Positions 9,487-19,200 of a stretch of DNA of 57,997 nucleotides are shown here, in pieces. The DNA comes from Nemertoderma westbladi. Lineage: Eukaryota > Animalia > Xenacoelomorpha. Both the position numbers and the translations under genes were made by a program. The notes beneath the pieces are model-generated. The model saw only the letters and a program-made list of their open reading frames with translations. It was not told the origin of the DNA and made no database searches. The stretch lies in NCBI GenBank assembly GCA_032718475.1, contig JAUCBJ010007595.1, forward strand, positions 1 to 57,997, written 5' to 3'. Each line of letters begins with the position of its first letter. Position 1 is the stretch's first letter.

Positions 9487-11193
9487 CTATGGACTTGCAG
9501 TCCCCTGCGTCGCTGCGTATGGCAATGATTGTCTGAGCCTCGGCAATGCGTTTGATGTATTGTGCTCTGGTTTGGGCCTGTAGTGATCTGTCTTTGGTCC
9601 CTTTCCCAGGCTATCTTCACTATAGACTGGGTCCGTTATTAGTTCAGCCTCGTAATTTAAGAAGTTTGACATTTCTTCTAAACCTGGTTCCGCACCCTTC
9701 TTGTCTCGGGTGGAGAAAGCGATCTTCCTCCATTTGTTGCGCAGCCAGCTCGGTAGTGCCTGCGCTATCGTGGTGATGTTATTGGACGCGTTGAGCTCGT
9801 ATGGCGCGTCTAGCGTCTTCAGCACGATCAGCGCCTTCTCGACTTTGTTAGCAAACGTCTTAATGCTAACGGGATTATCCTGTAGGCCACCCGATGTTAT
9901 GCCTCTCAGCGTTTGCCTGATGATCTTGGCCGGGTGCCCGTATTCCCTATCCAGTGCCCGCCATGCTGTCGTGAAGCCGCCCTCTATTCCCTGATATTGC
10001 CTCACGATGTCGTATGCTGGGCCTCCCGTGTACACTTGTAGATACTTTAGGCACTCCGCCTGCATCAAGTTTTTTGTTAGTATTTCGTTACTATACATTC
10101 GCCGAAACTGTAAGTATTCTTCCGGCCTGCTCCCATCGAATTTGAACGGTTCCACGGGTTGTAATTCGATCCTTGTTTTCAACGCATCGATCAACGTGGC
10201 CATCCCCATTGCCTGCGCTTCTAATGGATTCGACGGGTGCTGTATAGTTTCCCCTGTCTGGTGCGGTCCGTCCGTCCTATTTCTTGATCTTCTCTGACTC
10301 GGATATGTCATCGGGGGTAGCGGCCCCCTCCATATGTCTGTATCACACGATCTGTTTTCGTCCAAGGGTCTTGTTGTTCTTGCTACCATCGGGGTATATT
10401 GTTGATATTGTGATGGGGGAATGTCACCCTGTCCCCCCCCCACCGGTATCTCTGGTACTGGGGTTGATGTTAATACGTTGGGGCCCATGCACCTATCCGC
10501 AATAATTCCCCCCTCCCCTGGGTATATGTTATGTCCCTGCATGCTGTAGTCATACTGCTGTGCTGGTACCGGTATAGGCCTATCAGCTTCTGGCCTACCC
10601 GCCGGTATGTATTCCGCGACTTCCGGGTTTAATCCCGTTGTCCGCGCTATCCTATCGCCTACATTGCCTCTCTCAGTATGGCCTACGGTATGTGCAGTAA
10701 GACCTACAGTATGCCCTACAGTCTGCATGTGTTGCTCGGGATCGAAGTTTATTCTTCTCGAATAATCCTCCCCGCGGCTACCGTATTCTCGATCGGTAGG
10801 TATATTCCGTCGGAAAGTTTCTCTTCGACCCCCCTCTCCACTGTTTTCATCTTCGTACCGGTACATCGCGTACCCCTCTCTCGGCGTGTAATGCGTCTCA
10901 CCGGATCGCATCCCTCCGGGGCGACGGCAATCTCCCGGAGTCCGACCCCACTGACTCTCCGTTCTCATCTCGACTACCGACGGCTCGCTGTCCGTCCTCG
11001 CTCTTCTATCTTTTGCGGCGATGCTTCTACTACTCTCTTCCTCTCTTCTCCTATCAGTGGAATATTCCCGCTCACGAGATCTCTCGTCGACCTCCCGGTT
11101 AAACCCCACTGTTCTTCTTTCCTCCTCTGATCGGGCTCGACGCTCCGTCTGCCCTCCCGCGACGTCAACCTGTCTTTCTCTGCTCGATCGCAC
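9487..11193 (-). CDS. gag: Gag capsid-like (DUF1759-type) region with low-complexity N-terminal part
   Basis: PFKFDGSRPEEYLQF..KYLQVYTGGPA..AWRALDREYG..ALPSWLRNKW is typical of BEL/Pao Gag. Confidence 0.85.
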   Translation of the reverse strand: MRSSRERQVDVAGGQTERRARSEEERRTVGFNREVDERSREREYSTDRRREEESSRSIAAKDRRARTDSEPSVVEMRTESQWGRTPGDCRRPGGMRSGETHYTPREGYAMYRYEDENSGEGGRRETFRRNIPTDREYGSRGEDYSRRINFDPEQHMQTVGHTVGLTAHTVGHTERGNVGDRIARTTGLNPEVAEYIPAGRPEADRPIPVPAQQYDYSMQGHNIYPGEGGIIADRCMGPNVLTSTPVPEIPVGGGQGDIPPSQYQQYTPMVARTTRPLDENRSCDTDIWRGPLPPMTYPSQRRSRNRTDGPHQTGETIQHPSNPLEAQAMGMATLIDALKTRIELQPVEPFKFDGSRPEEYLQFRRMYSNEILTKNLMQAECLKYLQVYTGGPAYDIVRQYQGIEGGFTTAWRALDREYGHPAKIIRQTLRGITSGGLQDNPVSIKTFANKVEKALIVLKTLDAPYELNASNNITTIAQALPSWLRNKWRKIAFSTRDKKGAEPGLEEMSNFLNYEAELITDPVYSEDSLGKGPKTDHYRPKPEHNTSNALPRLRQSLPYAATQGTASP

Positions 11194-11481
11194 GTCGCTG
11201 GGGATACTCGCAATCCCCCTATTACTTTCCGTCGCCGGTTGTTGCGGTTTACCTTGTTCGGCCCTCGCATTGTCCGCTGACGGCTGTGGGACACTCTCTG
11301 CCCCCCCCCCCCCCCCCCCCTCTCGCCGCTAACTCTCTGTTGTGGGGCCTTTGTAGCCCCCCCCCCACTCGCTACATTCTACTTCGCTACCTCTCGCCCC
11401 GCTACTATATATCTCTCTAGTCGACACATCAACCCTGCCACAGTCGGGTCTATTCACCCCCGCCTCTCCCTCTGCTATTGC

Positions 11482-11664
11482 GTGGCCTTCCAGGCCCTCT
11501 ACTCCCTGCCTACCAACTACGCGGCCTACCAGGCCCTCTGCTCCCTGTCTACTAACTACGTGGCCTACCAGGCCCTCTGCTCCCTGTCTACTAACTACGT
11601 GGCCTACCAGGCCCTCTGCTCCCTGTCTACTAACTACGTGGCCTACCAGGCCCTCTGCTCCCTG
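11482..11664 (-). repeat. 39-bp in-frame coding tandem repeat (QGAEGLVGHVVSR x ~4.7)
   Basis: GTGGCCTACCAGGCCCTCTGCTCCCTGTCTACTAACTAC repeated on the plus strand. Confidence 0.9.
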
Positions 11665-12050
11665 GTTACGTAGGCCCGACGTGTTTACATTAATAGCACC
11701 CATATTGGAAACGGAATTAATTTGCTCATTTGAAACAAAATCATTTGTATTATTCTGCGCGACTACGTTATCTGAATTATTTTGTAAATTCGGGCTAAGA
11801 TCATTATTTGAATTGTTCGAATTATTCTGTGTAATTGCGTTATTTAAGTTATTTTGTAGGTCCGAATTCGAGTTATTATTTTGATTATTTGAATTATTTT
11901 GCGTAACTACATCAATATTAGGATTATTTTCTACATTAACACTGGGATTGTTCTGATTTAAATTTAAATTACTACCACTAGGCAAAGTATTTCCTGTAAT
12001 AAAGGTTTGATTAGCGTTATCCCATACGGTACTATTAATATCAACAACGT

Positions 12051-13559
12051 CTACTGTACCATTATTATTATCACCCCCCCCCCGCCCGTACGATTACACC
12101 AGTTCTGGGTCTGTCGTGCGGTCCCTGTCAGTGGGGTGTTAATGAACGTGTCTACGGCTCCTGGCTCCTCAAAAATACTCGAGCCGGCCCCGCTTTCAGA
12201 CGGCAACACTCGGACCAATTCCAGCTCGTGCGCCCGTCTAATCTTATTTTTTGCCGATACACCTTGGCGTTTCTCTAATTCCCTTAACTCTCGCTCAGCC
12301 TTTGCCCCTCTCTCCTCACTCTCCTGGCTGTCCCGTCTGGCCGACTCTACTACACTCCTAGCGTTCTCCCTTCGTCTCGCCTCACGTTCTTTGCGTTCCT
12401 TTTCCCTTCTTGCCTCACGTTCCTTGCGTTCCTCGTCCTCCCTTGCCTCACGCTCTCTGCACTCCTTTTCCTCTATCTCGTCACTCTCCCTAAGGCTCCT
12501 CAAAGCCCTTTCGACCCTCTCACCGTTCTCTTTAATCAATGCCGCTTCCCTCGCTAACCGCGCTCTCCCCTCCTCTAGCCGTTCCTCCATTTCCTTCTGA
12601 CCTTGCTCTGCCACGTCGAGGCGGTATGCGGCACCTATCTCTCTCACCACTCTTTCTTTCGCGGAGGATGTAACAGACTTATCGGTTACGACGGACTTCC
12701 CCCGCCTTCCCGACCTACTAACTTTCCCCGGCCTCCCGGAGCTTTCTCCGACCGACGAGGCCGAATCCTCGGGGTTAACCTCGGATTCGCCCCCTTCGAG
12801 TCCCCTCCAACCCACTGGTTTTACTCCCCGGGCATCGACCAAGTATGGCCCTATGTACACTGGCGCTACACTAGGTTCCATACTCCCACACTCCCATAGT
12901 TCAAACAGTTCGCCGGCTATCCTTTCTGCTCTCTCCCCGGCCAGTTCTCTCTGCCCAAAACGTATTAGGTAATTTAAGTGTCTATCCGACTCACCTAGTC
13001 GCTTTCTCAGTCTCACCTCGTCTACCTTCGCCCCTTCCTTCTTGGCGTCGTTTATCAGCTTCCGGGTCGCGTTGTAGGCCCGTCGAAGTCGCTCAGAAAC
13101 CCCGACGTCCTCGTCGCCGACCTCTCCTCCGTCCCTCCGGGTTCGACGTCGTACCGGCGGCTCCACCGTCGCCGTTCCGGTGGGCCGTCCGTCGCCCTCG
13201 GCCTGTAGCTGGCCGGCGACATCGGTACCGATCTCTCCTCCGTCTCTTCGCGTCCGGCGCCGCACCGTCGGCCCCACCATCGCCGTTTCGGTGGGCCGCC
13301 CGTCGCCCTCGGCCGGTAGCTGGCCGGCGACATCGGCGCGCCGTTCTCCCTCTCGTGTCGACTCGTCTCCATCTCCCTCCATCTCGCTCTCTTTCTCTCT
13401 TGGTTCGACTTCGGGTTCCAGGCCCTCCTCGTCCTGGACTTCCGGTTCGCCCGTTATCGATGTCTCCGGCGTCGTGGGCCTGTATCGCTTGGTCGCGGCC
13501 TCGCGGATCGTTTGATCTTCGTCCGGGGTCCGCGTCGGTGTCTCGCCCGATTCACTCAT
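12051..13559 (-). CDS. N-terminal Gag extension, E/R-rich, predicted coiled coil
   Basis: 502-aa ORF starting at an ATG 81 nt downstream of the 5' LTR; contains a duplicated 37-aa motif and EREARE repeats. Confidence 0.7.
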   Translation of the reverse strand: MSESGETPTRTPDEDQTIREAATKRYRPTTPETSITGEPEVQDEEGLEPEVEPREKESEMEGDGDESTREGERRADVAGQLPAEGDGRPTETAMVGPTVRRRTRRDGGEIGTDVAGQLQAEGDGRPTGTATVEPPVRRRTRRDGGEVGDEDVGVSERLRRAYNATRKLINDAKKEGAKVDEVRLRKRLGESDRHLNYLIRFGQRELAGERAERIAGELFELWECGSMEPSVAPVYIGPYLVDARGVKPVGWRGLEGGESEVNPEDSASSVGESSGRPGKVSRSGRRGKSVVTDKSVTSSAKERVVREIGAAYRLDVAEQGQKEMEERLEEGRARLAREAALIKENGERVERALRSLRESDEIEEKECREREAREDEERKEREARREKERKEREARRRENARSVVESARRDSQESEERGAKAERELRELEKRQGVSAKNKIRRAHELELVRVLPSESGAGSSIFEEPGAVDTFINTPLTGTARQTQNWCNRTGGGGVIIIMVQ

Positions 13560-13630
13560 CTCGTCTGGTGGCTGATGATTCGGCTAGCTAGGTTGCAGTT
13601 CTTGATGTTCAACTAGGGCGGCAGCTCGGT

Positions 13631-13639
13631 TTTAGTTAC
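13631..13639 (-). other. Putative non-tRNA primer-binding site GTAACTAAA
   Basis: Directly follows the 5' LTR end, has no TGG start, and is complementary to LTR positions 13807-13815. Confidence 0.5.
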
Positions 13640-14177
13640 TGTGACGGGATCCAGGAGGGATCCCGATTTATCCGATGTGGTATTTAGTCCACGCGTCCCC
13701 GCCGTGTATAAGAGTGAAATAAAGATAACTGAGTTCTGAAGTTCGGTGTATAATAATAGGTTATAGGATATAGATATATTGTGAATTATACGGTAGGCGG
13801 GATACGGTAACTAAAGTCCCGTGATCCCCTAACTAAACTAATTGGCTGTACCCTACGCTAGCACTGCTGCACTGAGATAACTGAATCACTGATTAATAGG
13901 TTATTGGTTATATTGCACGGTGGCCTTACTGCTACACAATCGATGCCATTCCCCCCTCTGATTGGTTAATACCCTTGTTGGCGCCCCGTGGAGTATTCCC
14001 GTTCACTCCACCTGTTCTCCTTGGGTTAGGGGTTTGGCCCCTGACCCTCTATTGTGTGCTTCCTTCCCACTCTCATTGGGATGGCACGAGTTGGTTAATT
14101 GCCCAATCTCGTGGCTCCCAATATTGCTTATCGGCTAATAACTTTATGGGGTGTTGGCGGGATTGAATAAGCTAACA
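13640..14177 (-). repeat. 5' LTR (538 bp)
   Basis: Minus strand TGTTAGC...GATCCCGTCACA; the end is supported by the identical termini of the solo LTR at 40375-40961. Confidence 0.95.
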
Positions 14178-15372
14178 TACTCTGCGAATGGTCTTTGGAT
14201 ACTCATCTCTATCGCAAATGGTGTTCAACATGTGACTCAAAATGCTGAGAAGGTTATGTCCTAAGCTGTACTTACAGAGAAGTCTTCGTTTTCTTCTAAC
14301 AATTAACTCCTATACAAAGATGAAACAGCCAGGTCTTAGTCAGACATAGGCCTACGAATTGGCCCGACAGTTATATAGTCTCCCATTGTTATTCAGCTAT
14401 AATTTATGCTAATCGTGAACTACAGTCTCATATCGTCTGCAGAAGTTGGACATATTGAAGATATAGAGGGAACTTTTACTTTCTCCACAGGTGCTTTTCG
14501 ATTAATTGTATCCGTTTTAGTGAGAAACTCGAGCTTGCCCAGAAAAATTTCAACCAATTTAATTAAATTTTAGTATAAGCTCATTAATTGAACTTCATTT
14601 AGACAGAGACCGACCACTAATAGACTCTCAATTCTATAAACTCTAACATTTTTACATAATTCAATGTGTCCTGGTTTCTAATTATGGATTTTACTTAACC
14701 CTCTGGGTTTTATTTTAAGTGCAATTTTAATGTCACACTATATTTAATATTATCTTGCGCTGTGAGAGTCTTATGATCCTCGTCGTTTTTTTTTATTAAT
14801 TATATGCCGGTCTTACCGGATGGGTACAGTTCAACAGCGAATCAGAAGAAAGTGAAGAATGACCGCCCTAAATAATAACATTAGTTTTATATTGGTTTCG
14901 TTTTAAATTAGTTTTTCGGATGTTGAATTCAAATATACAGTAGATCCTACCCCCAAAATGGACAAATCGTATGTTATCTTAATTTTGGCAAACATTAAAT
15001 TCGACTGAATGAGATTAGATTCTATAATACCTGTATAATTGGGATAGGCACTACATAGCTGTATAATACACTTAACATCAGTCCTGTCATTACACCCTGT
15101 TGTAGGCAGGCCTTAAATATGCACAGGAATTACATTAATTTGTATGTTGAATTTGAAGTTAATTTTTCTTCTTCAAAAAATTTGTTAACAACCCTCAACC
15201 AATAATATGTGCATATCTTACCTTCATACAGTAGTACCCTTTGACCCTATGTTAAATCACTAATTAGGCCTACCCATGAACAAACAATAAATAAAATATT
15301 ATTCCGTAATGACATACAGTATATACTGTAGCTATTATGGGTAGCTTTGGGGGCGAGCCATGCATCGAGTAC

Positions 15373-15900
15373 CTACGTCGACCCGTAATTAGGAAGCGGC
15401 GTCTGATCCATTGTCTGATCGGTATCGTCAGAGTTACATAACTCACTCTCTCCGAGGCCATCTACCGTCAATACTTGGCAATAGCTAGCCACAACGGCCA
15501 CCATATAAAGGCCCAACAAACAATATAAACCAATGGTAACCGTTATAGCAACCTTCGTTGATTGGTTGAAATCATCTCGGAGCCACGCAATAAAACCCTC
15601 CACAATGTAGTCTATCATACAAACAAACATCAATACAACCCAGGGGTATATTAGGTGCGCGCTGCGCTGATTGGTCCCCGCTATTAGACCAATAGAAGAT
15701 GGGATCAATAGTATCATTACCCATATGGACAAGTCCTGTAATAGTGACAACACAATGGCACCAGGCGATATTGGAATAGTTGACACGTAGGTCACCTTGG
15801 CAACCAGGCTAACAATAGCTATAATCATGGTGATGTATCCGCAATAACGAGCTCCGTTGCGTAGGTTGGCACAGCAACAGCAATAATTAAGAAGCGCCAT
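15373..15900 (-). CDS. Four-TM membrane protein, DUF4728/LAPTM-like (175 aa)
   Basis: MALLNYCCCCANLRNGA start, four hydrophobic helices, GLIAG...LIYPWVV and VVASYCQ motifs, C-terminal LPNY (PY-like). A putative 5'-UTR splice acceptor (ctaat...tattatctttatag) lies at 16007-16008. Confidence 0.75.
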   Translation of the reverse strand: MALLNYCCCCANLRNGARYCGYITMIIAIVSLVAKVTYVSTIPISPGAIVLSLLQDLSIWVMILLIPSSIGLIAGTNQRSAHLIYPWVVLMFVCMIDYIVEGFIAWLRDDFNQSTKVAITVTIGLYCLLGLYMVAVVASYCQVLTVDGLGESELCNSDDTDQTMDQTPLPNYGST

Positions 15901-16225
15901 GTCAAAGTGGAAAAATGAAGTAATTATGTTAAGAAAATTAAACACATCGTAAAAATAATGGTTTCTTAGCGTCATCAATCAGTTGCTATTAATCACAGCG
16001 CCAAATCTATAAAGATAATAAGATTAGGTTAATTCATACTATGGGAGCGACACAATATGTTCGCAACTATGTATAAACACAACAACAGCTGGTACCGTGA
16101 CCGGTATAGGCCTAACTATAACCGAATTTGGGGTAATTGAATACGGCGCGGCGGTACGATAAAAGCTACAAATTACGGTGGATCTGTTGTAACTAAAAGG
16201 AATGGAATAAACTTGCGTTAATCGA

Positions 16226-19200
16226 TTAGTTAGTTACAATAGTTAGGTAATCTAACAGTTAGTTACAATAGTTAGGTAATCTAACAGTTAGTTACAATAG
16301 TTAGGTAATCTAACAGTTAGTTACAATAGTTAGGTAATCTAATAGTTAGTTACAATAGTTAGGTAATATAATAGTTAGTTACAGTAGTTAGGTAATCTAA
16401 CAGTTAGTTACAATAGTTAGGTAATCTAACAGTTAGTTACAATAGTTAGGTAATCTAACAGTTAGTTACAATAGTTAGGTAATCTAACAGTTAGTTACAA
16501 TTAATAGTTAGGTAATCTAATAGTTAGTTACAATAGTTAGGTAATCTAACAGTTAGTTACAATAGTTAGGTAATCTAACAGTTAGTTACAATAGTTAGGT
16601 AATCTAACAGTTAGTTACAATTAATAGTTAGGTAATCTAATAGTTAGTTACAATAGTTAGGTAATCTAACAGTTAGTTACAATAGTTAGGTATTCCAATA
16701 GTTAGTTAGAATAGTTAGGTAATATAATAGTTAGTTACAATAGTTAGATAATGTAATAGTTAGTTACAATAGTTAGGTAATCTAATAGTTAGTTACAATA
16801 GTTAGGTAATCTAACAGTTAGTTAGAATAGTTAGGTCATCTAACAGTTAGTTACAATAGTTAGGTAATCTAATAGTTAGTTACAATAGTTAGGTAATCTA
16901 ACAGTTAGTTACAATAGTTAGGTAATCTAACAGTTAGTTACAATATTTAGGTAATCTAACAGTTATTTACAATAGTTAGGTAATCTAACAGTTAGTTACA
17001 ATAGTTAGGTAATCTAACAGTTAGTTACAATAGTTAGGTAATCTAATAGTTAGTTACAATAGTTAGGTAATCTAACAGTTAGTTACAATAGTTACGTAAT
17101 CTAACAGTTAGCTACAATAGTTAGGTAATCTAATAGTTAATTACATAGTTAGGTAATCTAACAGTTAGTTACAATAGTTAGGTAATATAATAGTTAATTA
17201 CAATAGTTAGGTAATCTAACAATTAGTTACAGTAGTTCGGTAATCTAACAGTTAGTTACAATAGTTAGGTAATCTAACAGTTAGTTACAATAGTTAGGTA
17301 ATATAAAAGTTAGTTACAATAGTTAGGTAATGTAATAGTTAGTTAAAATAGTTAGGTCACCTAACAGTTAGTTACCATAGTTAGGTAATCTAACAGTTAG
17401 TTACAATAGTTAGGTAATCTAACAGTTAGTTAAAATAGTTAGGTAATATAAAAGTTAGTTACAATAGTTAGGTAATATAATAGTTAATTACAATAGTTAG
17501 ATAATCTAACAGTTAGTTACAATAGTTAGGTAATCTAACAGTTAGTTACAATAGTTAGATAATCTAATAGTTAGTTACAATAGTTAGGTAATCTAACAGT
17601 TAGTTACAATAGTTAGGTAATCTAACAGTTAGTTACAATAGTTAGGTAATCTAACAGTTAGTTACAATAGTTGGGTAATCTAACAGTTAGTTACAATAGT
17701 TAGGTAATCTAACAGTTAGTTACAATAGTTAGGTAATCTACTAGTTAGTTACAATAGTTAGGTAATCTAACAGTTAGTTACAATAGTTAGGTAATCTAAT
17801 AGTTAGTTACAATAGTTAGGTAATCTAACAGTTAGTTACAATAGTTACGTAATCTAACAGTTAGTTACAATAGTTAGGTAATCTAATAGTTAATTACATA
17901 GTTAGGTAATCTAACAGTTAGTTACAATAGTTAGGTAATATAATAGTTAATTACAATAGTTAGGTAATCTAAGAGTTAGTTACAGTAGTTAGGTAATCTA
18001 ACAGTTAGTTACAATAATTAGGTAATCTAAAAGTTAGTTACAATAGTTAGGTAATCTAACAGTTAGTTACAATAGTTAGGTAATCTAACAGTTAGTTACA
18101 ATATTTAGGTAATCTAACAGTTATTTACAATAGTTAGGTAATCTAACAGTTAGTTACAATAGTTAGGTAATCTAACAGTTAGTTACAATAGTTAGGTAAT
18201 CTAATAGTTAGTTACAATAGTTAGGTAATCTAACAGTTAGTTACAATAGTTACGCAATCTAACAGTTAGTTACAATAGTTAGGTAATCTAATAGTTAGTT
18301 ACAATAGTTAGGTAATCTAACAGTTAGTTACAATAGTTAGGTAATCTAATAGTTAATTACATAGTTAGGTAATCTAACAGTTAGTTACAATAGTTAGGTA
18401 ATATAATAGTTAATTACAATAGTTAGGTAATCTAACAGTTAGTTACAGTAGTTAGGTAATCTAACAGTTAGTTACAATAGTTAGGTAATCTAACAGTTAG
18501 TTACAATAGTTAGGTAATCTAATAGTTAGTTACAATAGTTAGGTAATCTAACAGTTAGTTACAATAGTTAGGTAATCTAACAGTTAGTTACAATAGTTAG
18601 GTAATCTAACAGTTAGTTACAATAGTTAGATAATCTAACAGTTAGTTAAAATAGTTAGGTAATATAAAAGTTAGTTACAATAGTTAGGTAATATAATAGT
18701 TAATTACAATAGTTAGATAATCTAACAGTTAGTTGCAATAGTTAGGTAATCTAACAGTTAGTTACAATAGTTAGGTAATCTAACAGTTAGTTACAATAGT
18801 TAGATAATCTAATAGTTAGTTACAATAGTTAGGTAATCTAACAGTTAGTTACAATAGTTAGGTCATCTAACAGTTAGTTACCATAGTTAGGTAATCTAAC
18901 AGTTAGTTACAATAGTTAGGTAATATAATAGTTAATTACAATAGTTAGGTAATCTAACAGTTAGTTACCATAGTTAGGTAATATAATAGTTAATTACAAT
19001 AGTTAGGTAATCTAACAGTTAGTTACAGTAGTTAGGTAATCTAACAGTTAGTTACAATAGTTAGGTAATCTAACAGTTAGTTACAATAGTTAGGTAATAT
19101 AAAAGTTAGTTACAATAGTTAGGTAATGTAATAGTTAGTTAAAATAGTTAGGTCATCTAACAGTTAGTTACCATAGTTAGGTAATCGAACAGTTAGTTAC

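Larger units (their letters stand above)
5101..13559 (-). pseudogene. gag-pol: Disrupted single gag-pol polyprotein ORF (~2800 codons)
   Basis: The fragments starting at 11985, 11193, 9435 and 7725 share one frame. They are separated by in-frame stops (TAG 11329-31, TAG 9487-89, TGA 7750-52). The ATG 13559 fragment joins through a frameshift at the poly-G near 12075. Confidence 0.85.
1..14177 (-). mobile_element. BEL/Pao (Belpaoviridae) LTR retrotransposon, near full length, with extra ORF
   Basis: Direct LTRs at 1-516 (window-truncated) and 13640-14177 with TGT...ACA ends, and a PPT next to the left LTR. Domain order is gag(DUF1759-like)-CCHC-PR-RT-RNase H-IN. Pao-type motifs: LHMFSDASLEAYGA, SVPKLELTAARLG, YWTDSMVVLGW, HYCPTDENPADLLSRG, WRRWVEEYLPTLHKRSKW. 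Confidence 0.95.

Noticed and set aside
5228-13591. Plus-strand ORFs antisense to gag-pol
   Set aside because: Shadow ORFs of the coding strand with no recognisable motifs.
14178-14182. TSD of the BEL/Pao element (TACTC)
   Set aside because: The left flank lies outside the window, so the duplication cannot be verified.
15901-15978. N-terminal extension of the tetraspan ORF from TTG/ATG at 15978-15973
   Set aside because: AT-rich, UTR-like sequence; family-typical proteins start just before the Cys cluster, so ATG 15900 is preferred, though the longer start is not excluded.
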